DNA from: an uncultured Candidatus Saccharibacteria bacterium
GTDB lineage: Bacteria; Patescibacteriota; WWE3; UBA101185; 2-01-FULL-41-18
Length of the DNA: 64,000 nucleotides
Reading direction: 5' to 3'
Assembly: GCA_964636285.1 (NCBI GenBank)
Contig: CAZWQF010000002.1
Coordinates: 9,669-73,668, forward strand
Shown: positions 20,843 to 30,046 of the stretch, piece by piece
Numbering within the stretch: the first letter of the stretch is position 1
How the letters are laid out: the number at the start of each line of letters is the position of its first letter
Notes under the pieces: generated by a model
What the model saw: the letters and a program-made list of their open reading frames with translations, nothing else
What the model was told of the DNA's origin: nothing
Database searches by the model: none
Program-made: the position numbers and the translations under genes

Positions 20843-21742
20843 TCAAGAGAGAATCCATTTCTTAAACTCCACCAATTTCACAAGAAGATTCTTTGTCCAA
20901 ATTCGGTTAAATAAAAAGACAGAAAATGAGGAATATATACTACCCATACACATCCTTTTCTCTAGAAAATCTTTATGTTTATGTAAAAAGTACCAGTTGT
21001 TAAGAATAATTTGCCAGTTATACCTCAAAATACTTCCAGTTCTAGAGCCCCCTCTATCATTTACTTTAGGCAGATGAAAGCTAGCAGTGTGAGGACAAAA
21101 CACAAGCTTTAAACCCTTTTCTGCACAAGATATCTGAAAGTCAGTTTCTTCTCTCCAGAAAAAGGTTTTTGATCTTTCTTCCTCATACTCTACCATCTCA
21201 AAAACAGATTTTTTAACCAGTATTGAAGCGTCAAGCATAAAAACTTCAGTATCATCAGGTAATTTTAATTCGCAATTTGTTAGGGCTAGAAATGTATCGT
21301 TCACTTTACCTTTTGTGTTATCGGCTCTAGCTAATGAGGTTTCATAGGATTCCCCTGGCCTCATCCATATTCGCCTGCCTGAGATTAAGTCAGCTCCAGA
21401 TGACTTGAAGTGGTCAACAAGCACAGCTATATGGTTTGTGGGTAGAACAAGGTCATCTTCGCCATAAAAAACAAATTCTCCTTTAGCAATCTTGGCTCCA
21501 ATATTTCTTGTGGAAGGGGTACCCCGGTTTTCAGCATTCCTATGAAGCACAAGTTCAATTTCTGGGTAGTTAGATTTAAAAGTAGAGTATTCATGAGTCA
21601 ATCTTTCAAACGAACCATCAGTGCTTCCGTCATCTACAATAACTACTTCAAGAACACTCTCCTGCTCAAAATAGCTTGGTAGAACTTTTAACAAAGTCTC
21701 AATTCTATTTCTTGTTGGAATTACTACACTCACATTTCTCAT
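20843..21742 (-). CDS. GT2 family glycosyltransferase
   Basis: VSVVIPTRNR, VDDGSTD, EDD. Confidence 0.9.
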   Translation of the reverse strand: MRNVSVVIPTRNRIETLLKVLPSYFEQESVLEVVIVDDGSTDGSFERLTHEYSTFKSNYPEIELVLHRNAENRGTPSTRNIGAKIAKGEFVFYGEDDLVLPTNHIAVLVDHFKSSGADLISGRRIWMRPGESYETSLARADNTKGKVNDTFLALTNCELKLPDDTEVFMLDASILVKKSVFEMVEYEEERSKTFFWREETDFQISCAEKGLKLVFCPHTASFHLPKVNDRGGSRTGSILRYNWQIILNNWYFLHKHKDFLEKRMCMGSIYSSFSVFLFNRIWTKNLLVKLVEFKKWILS

Positions 21743-21824
21743 AGACCCGTAGATTCTATATTAATTGTACAATTCAATCTATACGACCATAATGGAAATA
21801 CATGATAAAATCATTTGCCAAGTT

Positions 21825-22733
21825 ATGAGAAAAATTACAATATTTTTTGATTACGAAGGGAAATGGGGCATGCCTAAAAAGCACCCATATAACCTATCAA
21901 CTACAACCGATGCCATCCTTGCTGTGCTTAAAAAGCACAATGTTAAAGCAGTCTTTAATTCCTGCGGGATTATCAGTAAAGAGCATCCAGAAATCATGAA
22001 AAAAATTTCAAACGGTGGGCATGAGATTAGTGCGCATGGATTTGAACATGAAAATTTTTATCAGATGGATAACAATAAGTTTGCACAAATATTAAAGAAA
22101 ATTGAAAGCCATAGTTTAAATACAATTGGCAAAAAGCCATTGGGTTTTAGGTTTCCTTACTTATTAAATCCACAGTTTTATTCTGAATCTAAATACAAAG
22201 TTTTATCCGATTTTGGGTACAAATGGACATCAAATAGGCAAATCAGGTTTATCCCTGAACTAATGAGAGTTCAAAATCAAACTGATGCGGTAACAAAGTA
22301 TTTATATAAAATGAATGCTGGTAAATTTTTATTTTTATATTTAAATAAGTCAGTGTTTTTTGATGATTATTTAAGTAAGAATTGGGGAATTCCAAAAATT
22401 GCAAATTGGCTTATTCAGGATAAAAATCCATTTGAGAGAGAAGGGATTTTAGAAATTCCAGTTTTATCAACGTTAGACTGCTTTCTTTTTGGATTACCGG
22501 TACCAAATGAATCGTCATCAGATGCTGAGCTCAAAACGGCATTTGAAATTTTAAAAGACGAATTTGACCTGAGCCAAAACTACTTCAACTTAAATTTTCA
22601 CGACTGGATTGTAGGCACATCAAACAGAATTGATGTAATGGACAAAATCATAGGATACATAAAAAAGAAAAAGGACATAAAATTTGTAACATCTGAGGAC
22701 ATTATGGTTAAAACAGGGCCTCACGCACTATGA
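21825..22733 (+). CDS. Polysaccharide deacetylase (CE4/NodB-like)
   Basis: FFDYE, GHEISAHGFEH, GFRFP, NFHDW. Confidence 0.88.
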   Translation: MRKITIFFDYEGKWGMPKKHPYNLSTTTDAILAVLKKHNVKAVFNSCGIISKEHPEIMKKISNGGHEISAHGFEHENFYQMDNNKFAQILKKIESHSLNTIGKKPLGFRFPYLLNPQFYSESKYKVLSDFGYKWTSNRQIRFIPELMRVQNQTDAVTKYLYKMNAGKFLFLYLNKSVFFDDYLSKNWGIPKIANWLIQDKNPFEREGILEIPVLSTLDCFLFGLPVPNESSSDAELKTAFEILKDEFDLSQNYFNLNFHDWIVGTSNRIDVMDKIIGYIKKKKDIKFVTSEDIMVKTGPHAL

Positions 22734-23809
22734 ACACAGAGAGTAAAAAGTTTTTTTATAGCATAGTAATAAGCTCCTACAACGGCTCAGGTAAAATTGG
22801 AGCAGCTATTAATTCGCTGAAATTGCAAGATTACACAGGAAAATTTGAAATATTGGTTGTTGACGATAGATCTACAGATAACACTTCCGCTATTGCTTTG
22901 GCGTTAGGGATAAAGGTTATAAGTACAAAGGAAAGCAGAGGCTTATCAGGTGCAAGAAACGCGGGTCTGGATGTAGCTCAAGGAGACGTCTATGTTTGCT
23001 TTGATGACGATTGTATTGCAGAAAAAAACTGGCTTACAGAACTTGATAATGCATACACTTTAAAACCAAATGCACTTGGTATGGGAAGCGTGATAGTAAG
23101 CTCAAAAAATCAAAGTTTTACAGATAAATACATTGAAGAGAGCGGCTACACCAAGCCAATACTACCTGGAGTTGGAGGAAATAAAAGCGCGCTTGGAAGG
23201 TTTTTGGCCTACTACAAATCAATGTTTGGAACGTGGGATGTTCCAGAGAACTCAATGATAAAAGTACACGAAATTGCCGGTGGCTTATCATCCTTTTTTA
23301 TTAAGGATCTCAAGGCTATTGGAGGTTGGAATACAGAAGTGAGTGGTTATGAGGATGTGGATATATGCAAAAGGCTCTCCCAAAAATTCCCTGGTCGAGA
23401 GTTCTTTGTTACCTCCTCTGCCAAGATGGTTCACGATCATAAACTTGAGCTTCACGATTATCTTAGGAAGCACTATATAAGATCAGGGGTTAGACTTAAG
23501 TACTACCTTGCAAACAAAATGACCCCACCAATCTACCCATTCCCCTTTGTTTATATAGCCACGATTTTAGGAATACAATGTACAATATTATTTATATCAA
23601 ATAGTATTAGTGTAAGCTTAGCTTTGAATTTGAGTATTTTGCTACTAAGCGCAATTTTTCTACCAAGCCTCATATACCCTTGGTGGATCTACAAGGCTAT
23701 TAAAAAGCAGGACTTGGGTATGTTAGCATTCTCGTGGGTTCAGATGGTTTATGAGAGCCTAGTGATGGTTGGTATGCTTAAAGCTCATTTAATTGCCCTC
23801 CCCTCCTAA
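22730..23809 (+). CDS. GT2 family glycosyltransferase with C-terminal TMs
   Basis: VDDRSTD, ARNAG, FDDD, YED. Confidence 0.9.
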   Translation: MNTESKKFFYSIVISSYNGSGKIGAAINSLKLQDYTGKFEILVVDDRSTDNTSAIALALGIKVISTKESRGLSGARNAGLDVAQGDVYVCFDDDCIAEKNWLTELDNAYTLKPNALGMGSVIVSSKNQSFTDKYIEESGYTKPILPGVGGNKSALGRFLAYYKSMFGTWDVPENSMIKVHEIAGGLSSFFIKDLKAIGGWNTEVSGYEDVDICKRLSQKFPGREFFVTSSAKMVHDHKLELHDYLRKHYIRSGVRLKYYLANKMTPPIYPFPFVYIATILGIQCTILFISNSISVSLALNLSILLLSAIFLPSLIYPWWIYKAIKKQDLGMLAFSWVQMVYESLVMVGMLKAHLIALPS

Positions 23810-23829
23810 CTGCGTTTATACTTTAATTA

Positions 23830-24570
23830 ATGCTCAGAATTCTAAAATTTCTTTGTAAGGCGCTGACTGCATTTTCGCTAGCTGGATTTGTGGCACTTTT
23901 ATTTATTCGCCCACCTCTTCCAGCAAAAAATAAGCTTGAACTAAGTAAAATGTACCACGAACCAACTCAGCAAGAGATGTCCCCTACTACAGAAGTAAAA
24001 GAAATAAAGGGTTACAAATATCAAATTGAAAAAGTGGCAAAGTATAAAATTACTGGTCTTGTTGTAGAGCAGTATTCAAGCGATCACTGGCTTGATCTTA
24101 CGCATAAAAACGATCCTGCAAATACCAGAGATCTGTGCATTATCTGGGGCTCCAACTTAGATCCAAACATATATAACAGTGTTAAGTTTGACCATGGGGA
24201 GTTTACTTGTTATGTCTCTTGGTCAAATCAAGACAGTCTTTTTAACATGAATGCTCTATCAAACAACCACCTAATCCCAGAAAGCATATCAGTTGCGGAC
24301 AAAATAAAGGGGGTTAGGGTTGGGGATCAAATAACTATCACAGGCTATTTGTCCAATTACAAAGTTTGGGATAAAGATGGCAAACAGGCAGGTGAGAGAC
24401 GAACAAGTACGGTTAGGGAAGACACCGGAAATGGGGCTTGTGAAGTTTTATACACCACAGATATAGAGGTGGTGAAAAGTTCTGCATATTGGTACTTCTT
24501 ACTTAAAGACCTATCTCCATTCGTTTTCCTAATAAGTGCCTTTTTAAATCTTGTTCTAATAGCTTTTTAA
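23830..24570 (+). CDS. Hypothetical membrane-anchored protein
   Basis: TM at both ends; SNNHLIP and REDTGNGACE motifs; function unknown. Confidence 0.65.
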   Translation: MLRILKFLCKALTAFSLAGFVALLFIRPPLPAKNKLELSKMYHEPTQQEMSPTTEVKEIKGYKYQIEKVAKYKITGLVVEQYSSDHWLDLTHKNDPANTRDLCIIWGSNLDPNIYNSVKFDHGEFTCYVSWSNQDSLFNMNALSNNHLIPESISVADKIKGVRVGDQITITGYLSNYKVWDKDGKQAGERRTSTVREDTGNGACEVLYTTDIEVVKSSAYWYFLLKDLSPFVFLISAFLNLVLIAF

Positions 24571-24580
24571 TCTGACGGAG

Positions 24581-25609
24581 CTAGTCCACAATATAAGACC
24601 GAACATCTGCAAGAATGTCCTTGATTCTGTTTATACCTTTTCGTTCATGCAGAATTGCATTAACAATTAACTGGGCTAGTTTATTTGAGTCGTGCCTTAC
24701 AATGCTTCTTAATGCTGTATCTGCTTTTGATTGACCGTGAATTACATTCGATACAATCTCGCCTCTTAAAGCCTTAGCTGAGTTTTTAAGGTCATCCTCA
24801 ACAGGAATCTCACCATCTGCCTGGTAGTGCAAAACGACGGTATCTGGCAAGACTGAATTATTTATAACAGCGTAATCAACAGGCTTGCTCAAATATTTTT
24901 CTATATCCTTAATGTGATGCGAGGCTTTATAGTCTGTAGACTGCCCTGCCTTTGTCATTAGATTAACAACATAAAATACCTTTGCTTTTGAATTTGCTAT
25001 GGCTTCAGGTACACCAGACACCAAAAGATTTGGAATTAAGCTTGTATAAAGATCACCTGGCCCTATGACAATATAGTCAGCTTCTTCAATAGCTTTCTTT
25101 GCCACATGGTTAATCTTGGCCTTTGGTTCAAGATACGCTTTTTTAATCTTTGATTTCTTGTAGCCTGATTTATCTATGGAGTCTTCGGTTACAATTTTCT
25201 TACCGTCTTCAAACTCAACAACAAGATGGGATTTATCAAGTGTTACAGGAATTACTTTTCCACTGGTTTGTAAAAGAGCCTCTGCTGTCTTTGTGACTTC
25301 GTTATAATCTGGTTCAATGCTTTCAAGCGCTGCAAAAAATACGTTACCAAAATTGTGGCCTTTGAAGTCTCCTGACTCGAATCTATATGTAAAAAGCTTT
25401 CGCCAAATATGATTTGACGTTGAAAGGGCAACCATGGATTGTCTTAAATCACCTGGAGGAAGTACGCCGTATGCATCCCTAAGCTTTCCAGAACTACCTC
25501 CACTATCCATCATTGATATAATTGCTGAGAGCTTAAGCTGGTAATTTTTGAGTCCCATCAGTGTTGTGTATGCGCCTGACCCACCGCCTATAACAACTAC
25601 CTTTTTCAT
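24581..25609 (-). CDS. yvcK: YvcK/GlmR (UPF0052, CofD-like) protein
   Basis: VVVIGGGSG, DSGGSSGKLR, PPGDLR, GPGDLYTSLIPNL. Confidence 0.92.
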   Translation of the reverse strand: MKKVVVIGGGSGAYTTLMGLKNYQLKLSAIISMMDSGGSSGKLRDAYGVLPPGDLRQSMVALSTSNHIWRKLFTYRFESGDFKGHNFGNVFFAALESIEPDYNEVTKTAEALLQTSGKVIPVTLDKSHLVVEFEDGKKIVTEDSIDKSGYKKSKIKKAYLEPKAKINHVAKKAIEEADYIVIGPGDLYTSLIPNLLVSGVPEAIANSKAKVFYVVNLMTKAGQSTDYKASHHIKDIEKYLSKPVDYAVINNSVLPDTVVLHYQADGEIPVEDDLKNSAKALRGEIVSNVIHGQSKADTALRSIVRHDSNKLAQLIVNAILHERKGINRIKDILADVRSYIVD

Positions 25610-25718
25610 ACTCGGTGTATTATACTGTATCCTGTGCTGTTGCAAAGGTCTTTTGAGGCCTTTTTTGTTGCCTTTTCTATTTTTGGCTAATATAGGCTAA
25701 AATATAGAGGTATTTTGA

Positions 25719-25793
25719 GGGGGCGTAGCTCAGTGGTAGAGCAGCGGCCTTTTAAGCCGCGTGTCGTGAGTCCGATTCTCACCGCCCTCACCA
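25719..25793 (+). tRNA. tRNA-Lys(TTT)
   Basis: Acceptor GGGGGCG/CGCCCTC, anticodon arm GCGGC-CTTTTAA-GCCGC, CCA; T-loop TCCGATT. Confidence 0.93.
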
Positions 25794-25799
25794 AAAAAA

Positions 25800-26288
25800 A
25801 TGACATCAAGTCTTAGAAACTCCACACTCTGTTTTCTTATTAAAAAATCAACAAATACGAATGAGGCATGCCTTGCATTAAAAAAGCGAGGTTTTGGCGT
25901 TGGGAGGTGGAATGGGGTTGGAGGCAAGGTAGAATTGGGCGAAAGTATTGAGGATGCGGTTAAAAGAGAAGCGTTTGAAGAAATCGGTGTAAGAGTTATT
26001 GAAATTAAGAAATTTGCAGAACTTACCTTTTTATTCCCTGATAATCCTGGCTGGAACCAATTAGTTCATGTTTATATCTGCTCTAAATGGGAAGATGAAC
26101 CTGTAGAAAGCGAAGAGATGAAGCCGGAGTGGTATGAAGTTTCCAAAATTCCGTACAAAGAAATGTGGGTAGATGATGAATTATGGCTCCCAAAGGTTCT
26201 TGAGGGTAAAGAAATAACCGGAACATTTTGCTTTGGCCCTAATGATGTATTATTGGAACATTGTATAGTTGAGGTACTCGAACTATGA
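25800..26288 (+). CDS. Nudix hydrolase (MTH1/8-oxo-dGTPase-like)
   Basis: KKRGFGVGRWNGVGGKVELGESIEDAVKREAFEEIG Nudix box, ESEEMKP. Confidence 0.92.
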   Translation: MTSSLRNSTLCFLIKKSTNTNEACLALKKRGFGVGRWNGVGGKVELGESIEDAVKREAFEEIGVRVIEIKKFAELTFLFPDNPGWNQLVHVYICSKWEDEPVESEEMKPEWYEVSKIPYKEMWVDDELWLPKVLEGKEITGTFCFGPNDVLLEHCIVEVLEL

Positions 26289-26357
26289 AATAGGGTGTGG
26301 TGTATTTTGATTGGCTTTCATCCAATGTGGCATTAATAAACTACAGAGAAAATTCAA

Positions 26358-26717
26358 ATGTACCCTGTTGAACTCATAGAAATTCAAATTAAGTTTGCTA
26401 AAAAAGCTCAAGAATTTGAGAACGTCTCATTTTCAAATGCCCTACTTAGATTTACTCCTGTTGCTAGGTTTTTAGGCATTAAATACTCTGAAATGTCGGT
26501 TGAAAATCCAGTGTGGGTTGGGCTGATTAGCAAACTTGCTGAAACGATCAGTACTAAGGATCAAGCACGCATTATTACAGACTTCAAGAAAATTCAGAAC
26601 ATCAGCGATGAAGAAAGCTTAGATATCAAAGGCAACCCTAGAGCAGAATTTGAATTCCAGCAACCAAAAGTCCTAGCAAACATTGAACACTTCTATACAT
26701 TCTATAAAATTAGTTAG
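26358..26717 (+). CDS. Hypothetical protein
   Basis: ORF only. Confidence 0.5.
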   Translation: MYPVELIEIQIKFAKKAQEFENVSFSNALLRFTPVARFLGIKYSEMSVENPVWVGLISKLAETISTKDQARIITDFKKIQNISDEESLDIKGNPRAEFEFQQPKVLANIEHFYTFYKIS

Positions 26718-26781
26718 ATTAATCATTCTTTCTCAAACAATTATCTGATATAACATTAAGACCAAAAAGGAGAAATTACCC

Positions 26782-27039
26782 ATGAGCCTAGTTCAACAAG
26801 ACATCAGAGAAATGCTTGCTTCAGCAGCTCTATTAGTATCAGTTGGATCCAGATATAGAAGGTACGATGGCATGGAAATATTTGTGGTTTTGGGTCTCCA
26901 ATATAACCAAATGCTTATGTGCGTGGTTGTAACTGCAAAGCCCACTACCTCAAATAAGGAAATTGAAGTGCCCATTCAGGAGTGGACTTCTCTGATCGAG
27001 TCAGGATATGGAAGCTGCCCAAAATACATTCTGCTCTAA
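26782..27039 (+). CDS. Small hypothetical protein (weak DUF1653-like)
   Basis: AAGGAG RBS; GSRYRRYDG; own downstream hairpin. Confidence 0.55.
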   Translation: MSLVQQDIREMLASAALLVSVGSRYRRYDGMEIFVVLGLQYNQMLMCVVVTAKPTTSNKEIEVPIQEWTSLIESGYGSCPKYILL

Positions 27040-27044
27040 TACTC

Positions 27045-27071
27045 GGCAGGGGTTGACCCAAAACCCCTGCC
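27045..27071 (+). terminator. Terminator-like hairpin
   Basis: GGCAGGGGTT-N7-AACCCCTGCC, perfect 10-bp stem just after stop codon. Confidence 0.65.
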
Positions 27072-27117
27072 ATCCCCTTTCGTTTCAAAAAATAACTGAC
27101 AATGCTATCATTCCCTT

Positions 27118-27789
27118 ATGCAATTAACACCAGAACAAGCAAAAGAACTTATGCAAAAAGCCGTGATTGAACGAGAGAGCTTCAATTTTGATACGGCTGA
27201 ACAAATGCTTAATACGGCAAAAATCGCGTTTACTGAACAGAATGATTTATATAATGTTTCAGAATGTTTAAATCACCTTGCCTATTCAAAAAAACTTAGA
27301 GCAAAACAAATTCTTTCTGAAGGCCATGCTTTAGCAAAAGAATCTTTTGAACTAACCTCAAATAATAATCTAAAACAGCAAAGCTCCTTAAGGTGTTTGA
27401 TATCACTTTTAACCCCTCAGGAAAGGTACGAAGAAGAATTAAAGGTCTGTAACAAACTGCTAGAGCTCACTTCCAGGCCCGCAAATAAAGGGGACGTTCT
27501 ACAACACATAGCCTATTCACTTCTAAGAACCGGAAAAATAACCGAGGCCAATCTGACAATTGCTCAATCCCTCAAAATGATTGAGGAAGGAGCTAAGTCC
27601 GAACCTGAATCAGCAATCAATGTATGGAAATCATCCTCACTAATTACAAAAGCTCTAATCGAGTACAATCTTGGGGAAATTGAAAATGCCAAGAAATCAG
27701 CTGAGGAAGCATTAAAGGTTGCAAAATCTTCAGTTTCAAAAATGAGAGTTAAGCAGGCGGAAGCAGTTCTAAAACTTTTAAACTCATAA
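27118..27789 (+). CDS. Tetratricopeptide-repeat protein
   Basis: Repeated helical A/L/G TPR-like pattern. Confidence 0.7.
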   Translation: MQLTPEQAKELMQKAVIERESFNFDTAEQMLNTAKIAFTEQNDLYNVSECLNHLAYSKKLRAKQILSEGHALAKESFELTSNNNLKQQSSLRCLISLLTPQERYEEELKVCNKLLELTSRPANKGDVLQHIAYSLLRTGKITEANLTIAQSLKMIEEGAKSEPESAINVWKSSSLITKALIEYNLGEIENAKKSAEEALKVAKSSVSKMRVKQAEAVLKLLNS

Positions 27790-27883
27790 ACTAGTATATC
27801 CTATAGTTTTGCATAGATTTCAATAACATGCTAAAGTGCTGCAAATAAGTGCGGTAGGCAAATAACCCATAAAGAGGTAACTA

Positions 27884-28180
27884 ATGGAACTAACACAGGT
27901 AAAGCAGGATACGCAGGCTAGCACACAGAGGGATAGGCGGGTTGAGAGGATTCTCATCCTACTTGGGTTTTCCCTGGGATTGGTGTTTCCAATCTTTGTG
28001 GTACAGCATGGTTGTTACACCGAACTGCTCACACTAGGGATCCTCATGGTCTGCACGGGACTAATTGCTGAGGTTAAACTTCAGCACAGACGGTTTTGGA
28101 TCAACCGTCACCCAGCGTTACTTTCGGTGATTGCAGTGCTAGCAGGATGGGCACTCAACACTGCGCTCAGGTCACTCTAG
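27884..28180 (+). CDS. Small 3-TM membrane protein
   Basis: GAGGT RBS, TTGCAT-N17-TAAAGT promoter upstream, three hydrophobic segments. Confidence 0.6.
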   Translation: MELTQVKQDTQASTQRDRRVERILILLGFSLGLVFPIFVVQHGCYTELLTLGILMVCTGLIAEVKLQHRRFWINRHPALLSVIAVLAGWALNTALRSL

Positions 28181-28253
28181 CCCCAACCATCAAGATCCAA
28201 ACAAGAAATCAGGCACCCATGGAACACTGATTTCTTGGGTGCCTGATCGTTTT

Positions 28254-29003
28254 TTATTCGTGAACAAAGCTTCCTAAAATTAAAATTAAAAATATACCTA
28301 AAACAAAAGGGATGCTCTGTAGCCAACCATCAAACTTGTGGGAGTCTTTATGCATTTCAGGAATTAAATCCGAACAGGCAATGTAGATAAACATCCCCGC
28401 TCCAAATCCTAGTAACATGTATTCGTAATTTTTATACGAATTAAGAAACAGGTAACCGATAAGTCCCCCTGCTACAGAAGAGAGTGACGAGTAAAAGTTG
28501 TAAAGTAAGGCTTTGGACTTTTTCATACCCGAATCCATTAAAACTCCAAAGTCTGCGATTTCCTGTGGGATCTCATGAAGCGCAATTGCTAATGTTGCAG
28601 ATACACCAAGTGAAAAATCAGCCATAAATGCAGAAGCAATAGCTACTCCATCAACAAAATTATGAAGACCATCCCCAATTAAAACCAAAAATGAGGTAGG
28701 TTTACTGTGATGACATTCATCGTGATGGTGGTGCCAAAGCAAAAATCTTTCCATAAAAAAGAACGAGACAAGACCCATCAGAATAAAAGTCATTACGCCC
28801 ATAACGTTTCCCACCTCAATCGCTTCGGGAATTAAGTCCAAAAATGCGGCCGAAAGCATGACCCCCGCGGCAAAGCTCACTACATACCTGTTTGCAAAGT
28901 TAATGCCAACCCTATGCCCAAACAGCAAAAAGCCTCCAGTTAATGATAAAAGGCTAATAAACACGGTTGCGCAAAGAATGTAAATAATCTGCATTGATTC
29001 CAT
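28254..29003 (-). CDS. ZIP family metal transporter
   Basis: His-rich loop, GDGLHNFVDG, HEIPQEIADF. Confidence 0.94.
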   Translation of the reverse strand: MESMQIIYILCATVFISLLSLTGGFLLFGHRVGINFANRYVVSFAAGVMLSAAFLDLIPEAIEVGNVMGVMTFILMGLVSFFFMERFLLWHHHHDECHHSKPTSFLVLIGDGLHNFVDGVAIASAFMADFSLGVSATLAIALHEIPQEIADFGVLMDSGMKKSKALLYNFYSSLSSVAGGLIGYLFLNSYKNYEYMLLGFGAGMFIYIACSDLIPEMHKDSHKFDGWLQSIPFVLGIFLILILGSFVHE

Positions 29004-29009
29004 AAGAAC

Positions 29010-29630
29010 CTACTCTACTACAAATTCTTTTCTGTACAAATACGGATAAATAACACCTGATAAAACCATTATTATTGCCGAAGAGATGAATAGAACGTTG
29101 TAACCAAACTCTACCGCAATGTATCCGCTTGCAAAGAGAGTAATAACCTTTCCAAGAGAGATAAAAATGTCTTTAAATCCCCATTCGGAAGACTCGTAGC
29201 CTTGGTCAATATGTTTAGAAAATACTTTTGTGAATGCAGGGTACTCCACTGCGTGAACAATTCCAAGTAAAAAGTAGACGGCATAAAACATATTCACACT
29301 TGATATGAATATAAACAGAATCCTAAAGACAGACTTGAGTAAATTGCCTATCAAGAAGCCATAAAAAGATGTGGCTGGATTTTTTGCCGCGTCAAAGAAC
29401 TTTGAGAAAAGGGGCTCAGCAACTAACACCCCAAGCATAAAAATGGCATTACCTACTCCAATATCTATGACGCCAGCGCCTTTAATCTGACTTACAATAA
29501 ACACGCTAAAAATAGCGTCAACAAGGGCCATTCCTGAAAAGAATATAGTATCAGAAACAATGAGTATTTTAATTGCTTTGTTTGAGTATTTGAATCTGTG
29601 GATTGGGAAAAACCTATGAATAAAATTCAT
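29010..29630 (-). CDS. Half-size (6-TM) MFS-like membrane protein
   Basis: 6 hydrophobic helices, MFS-like spacing. Confidence 0.65.
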   Translation of the reverse strand: MNFIHRFFPIHRFKYSNKAIKILIVSDTIFFSGMALVDAIFSVFIVSQIKGAGVIDIGVGNAIFMLGVLVAEPLFSKFFDAAKNPATSFYGFLIGNLLKSVFRILFIFISSVNMFYAVYFLLGIVHAVEYPAFTKVFSKHIDQGYESSEWGFKDIFISLGKVITLFASGYIAVEFGYNVLFISSAIIMVLSGVIYPYLYRKEFVVE

Positions 29631-29647
29631 AGATAAAGTTTACCAGA

Positions 29648-29974
29648 TTACTTGGTTGGTTTTTCAACTCTGGCTTTAAGCCTTGTTGCAGCCTTACCAA
29701 TTCTATCTCTTAAGAAGAATAGTTTTGCTCTTCTAACTACGCTCTTCTTCAAGATCTCTATCTTATTAATGTTTGGCGAAAAAGCTGGGAATATTCTCTC
29801 TACACCAATATTTTCAGCTCCAATATGCCTTACGGTAAAAGTCTTGGAAATCCCTTCTCCTCTTTTTGATATTACAATACCTTGAAATGGCTGAATTCTG
29901 GATTTATCGCCTTCAACAATCTTGTAGTGAATTTTAATTGTATCTCCAACTTCGAACTGAAATTTTTCTTCCAT
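29648..29974 (-). CDS. rplS: 50S ribosomal protein L19
   Basis: GDTIKIHYKIVEG..RIQPFQG, GVERIFP, VRRAKL. Confidence 0.97.
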   Translation of the reverse strand: MEEKFQFEVGDTIKIHYKIVEGDKSRIQPFQGIVISKRGEGISKTFTVRHIGAENIGVERIFPAFSPNINKIEILKKSVVRRAKLFFLRDRIGKAATRLKARVEKPTK

Positions 29975-30046
29975 ATATCTTTCTGAACAATGAATAAATT
30001 AGCAAAAATAAGGCTTTTTGGCAACAGCTACCTAAAAGACCCGATT

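Noticed and set aside
25730-25927. 65-aa minus-strand ORF
   Set aside because: Antisense to tRNA-Lys and the Nudix gene
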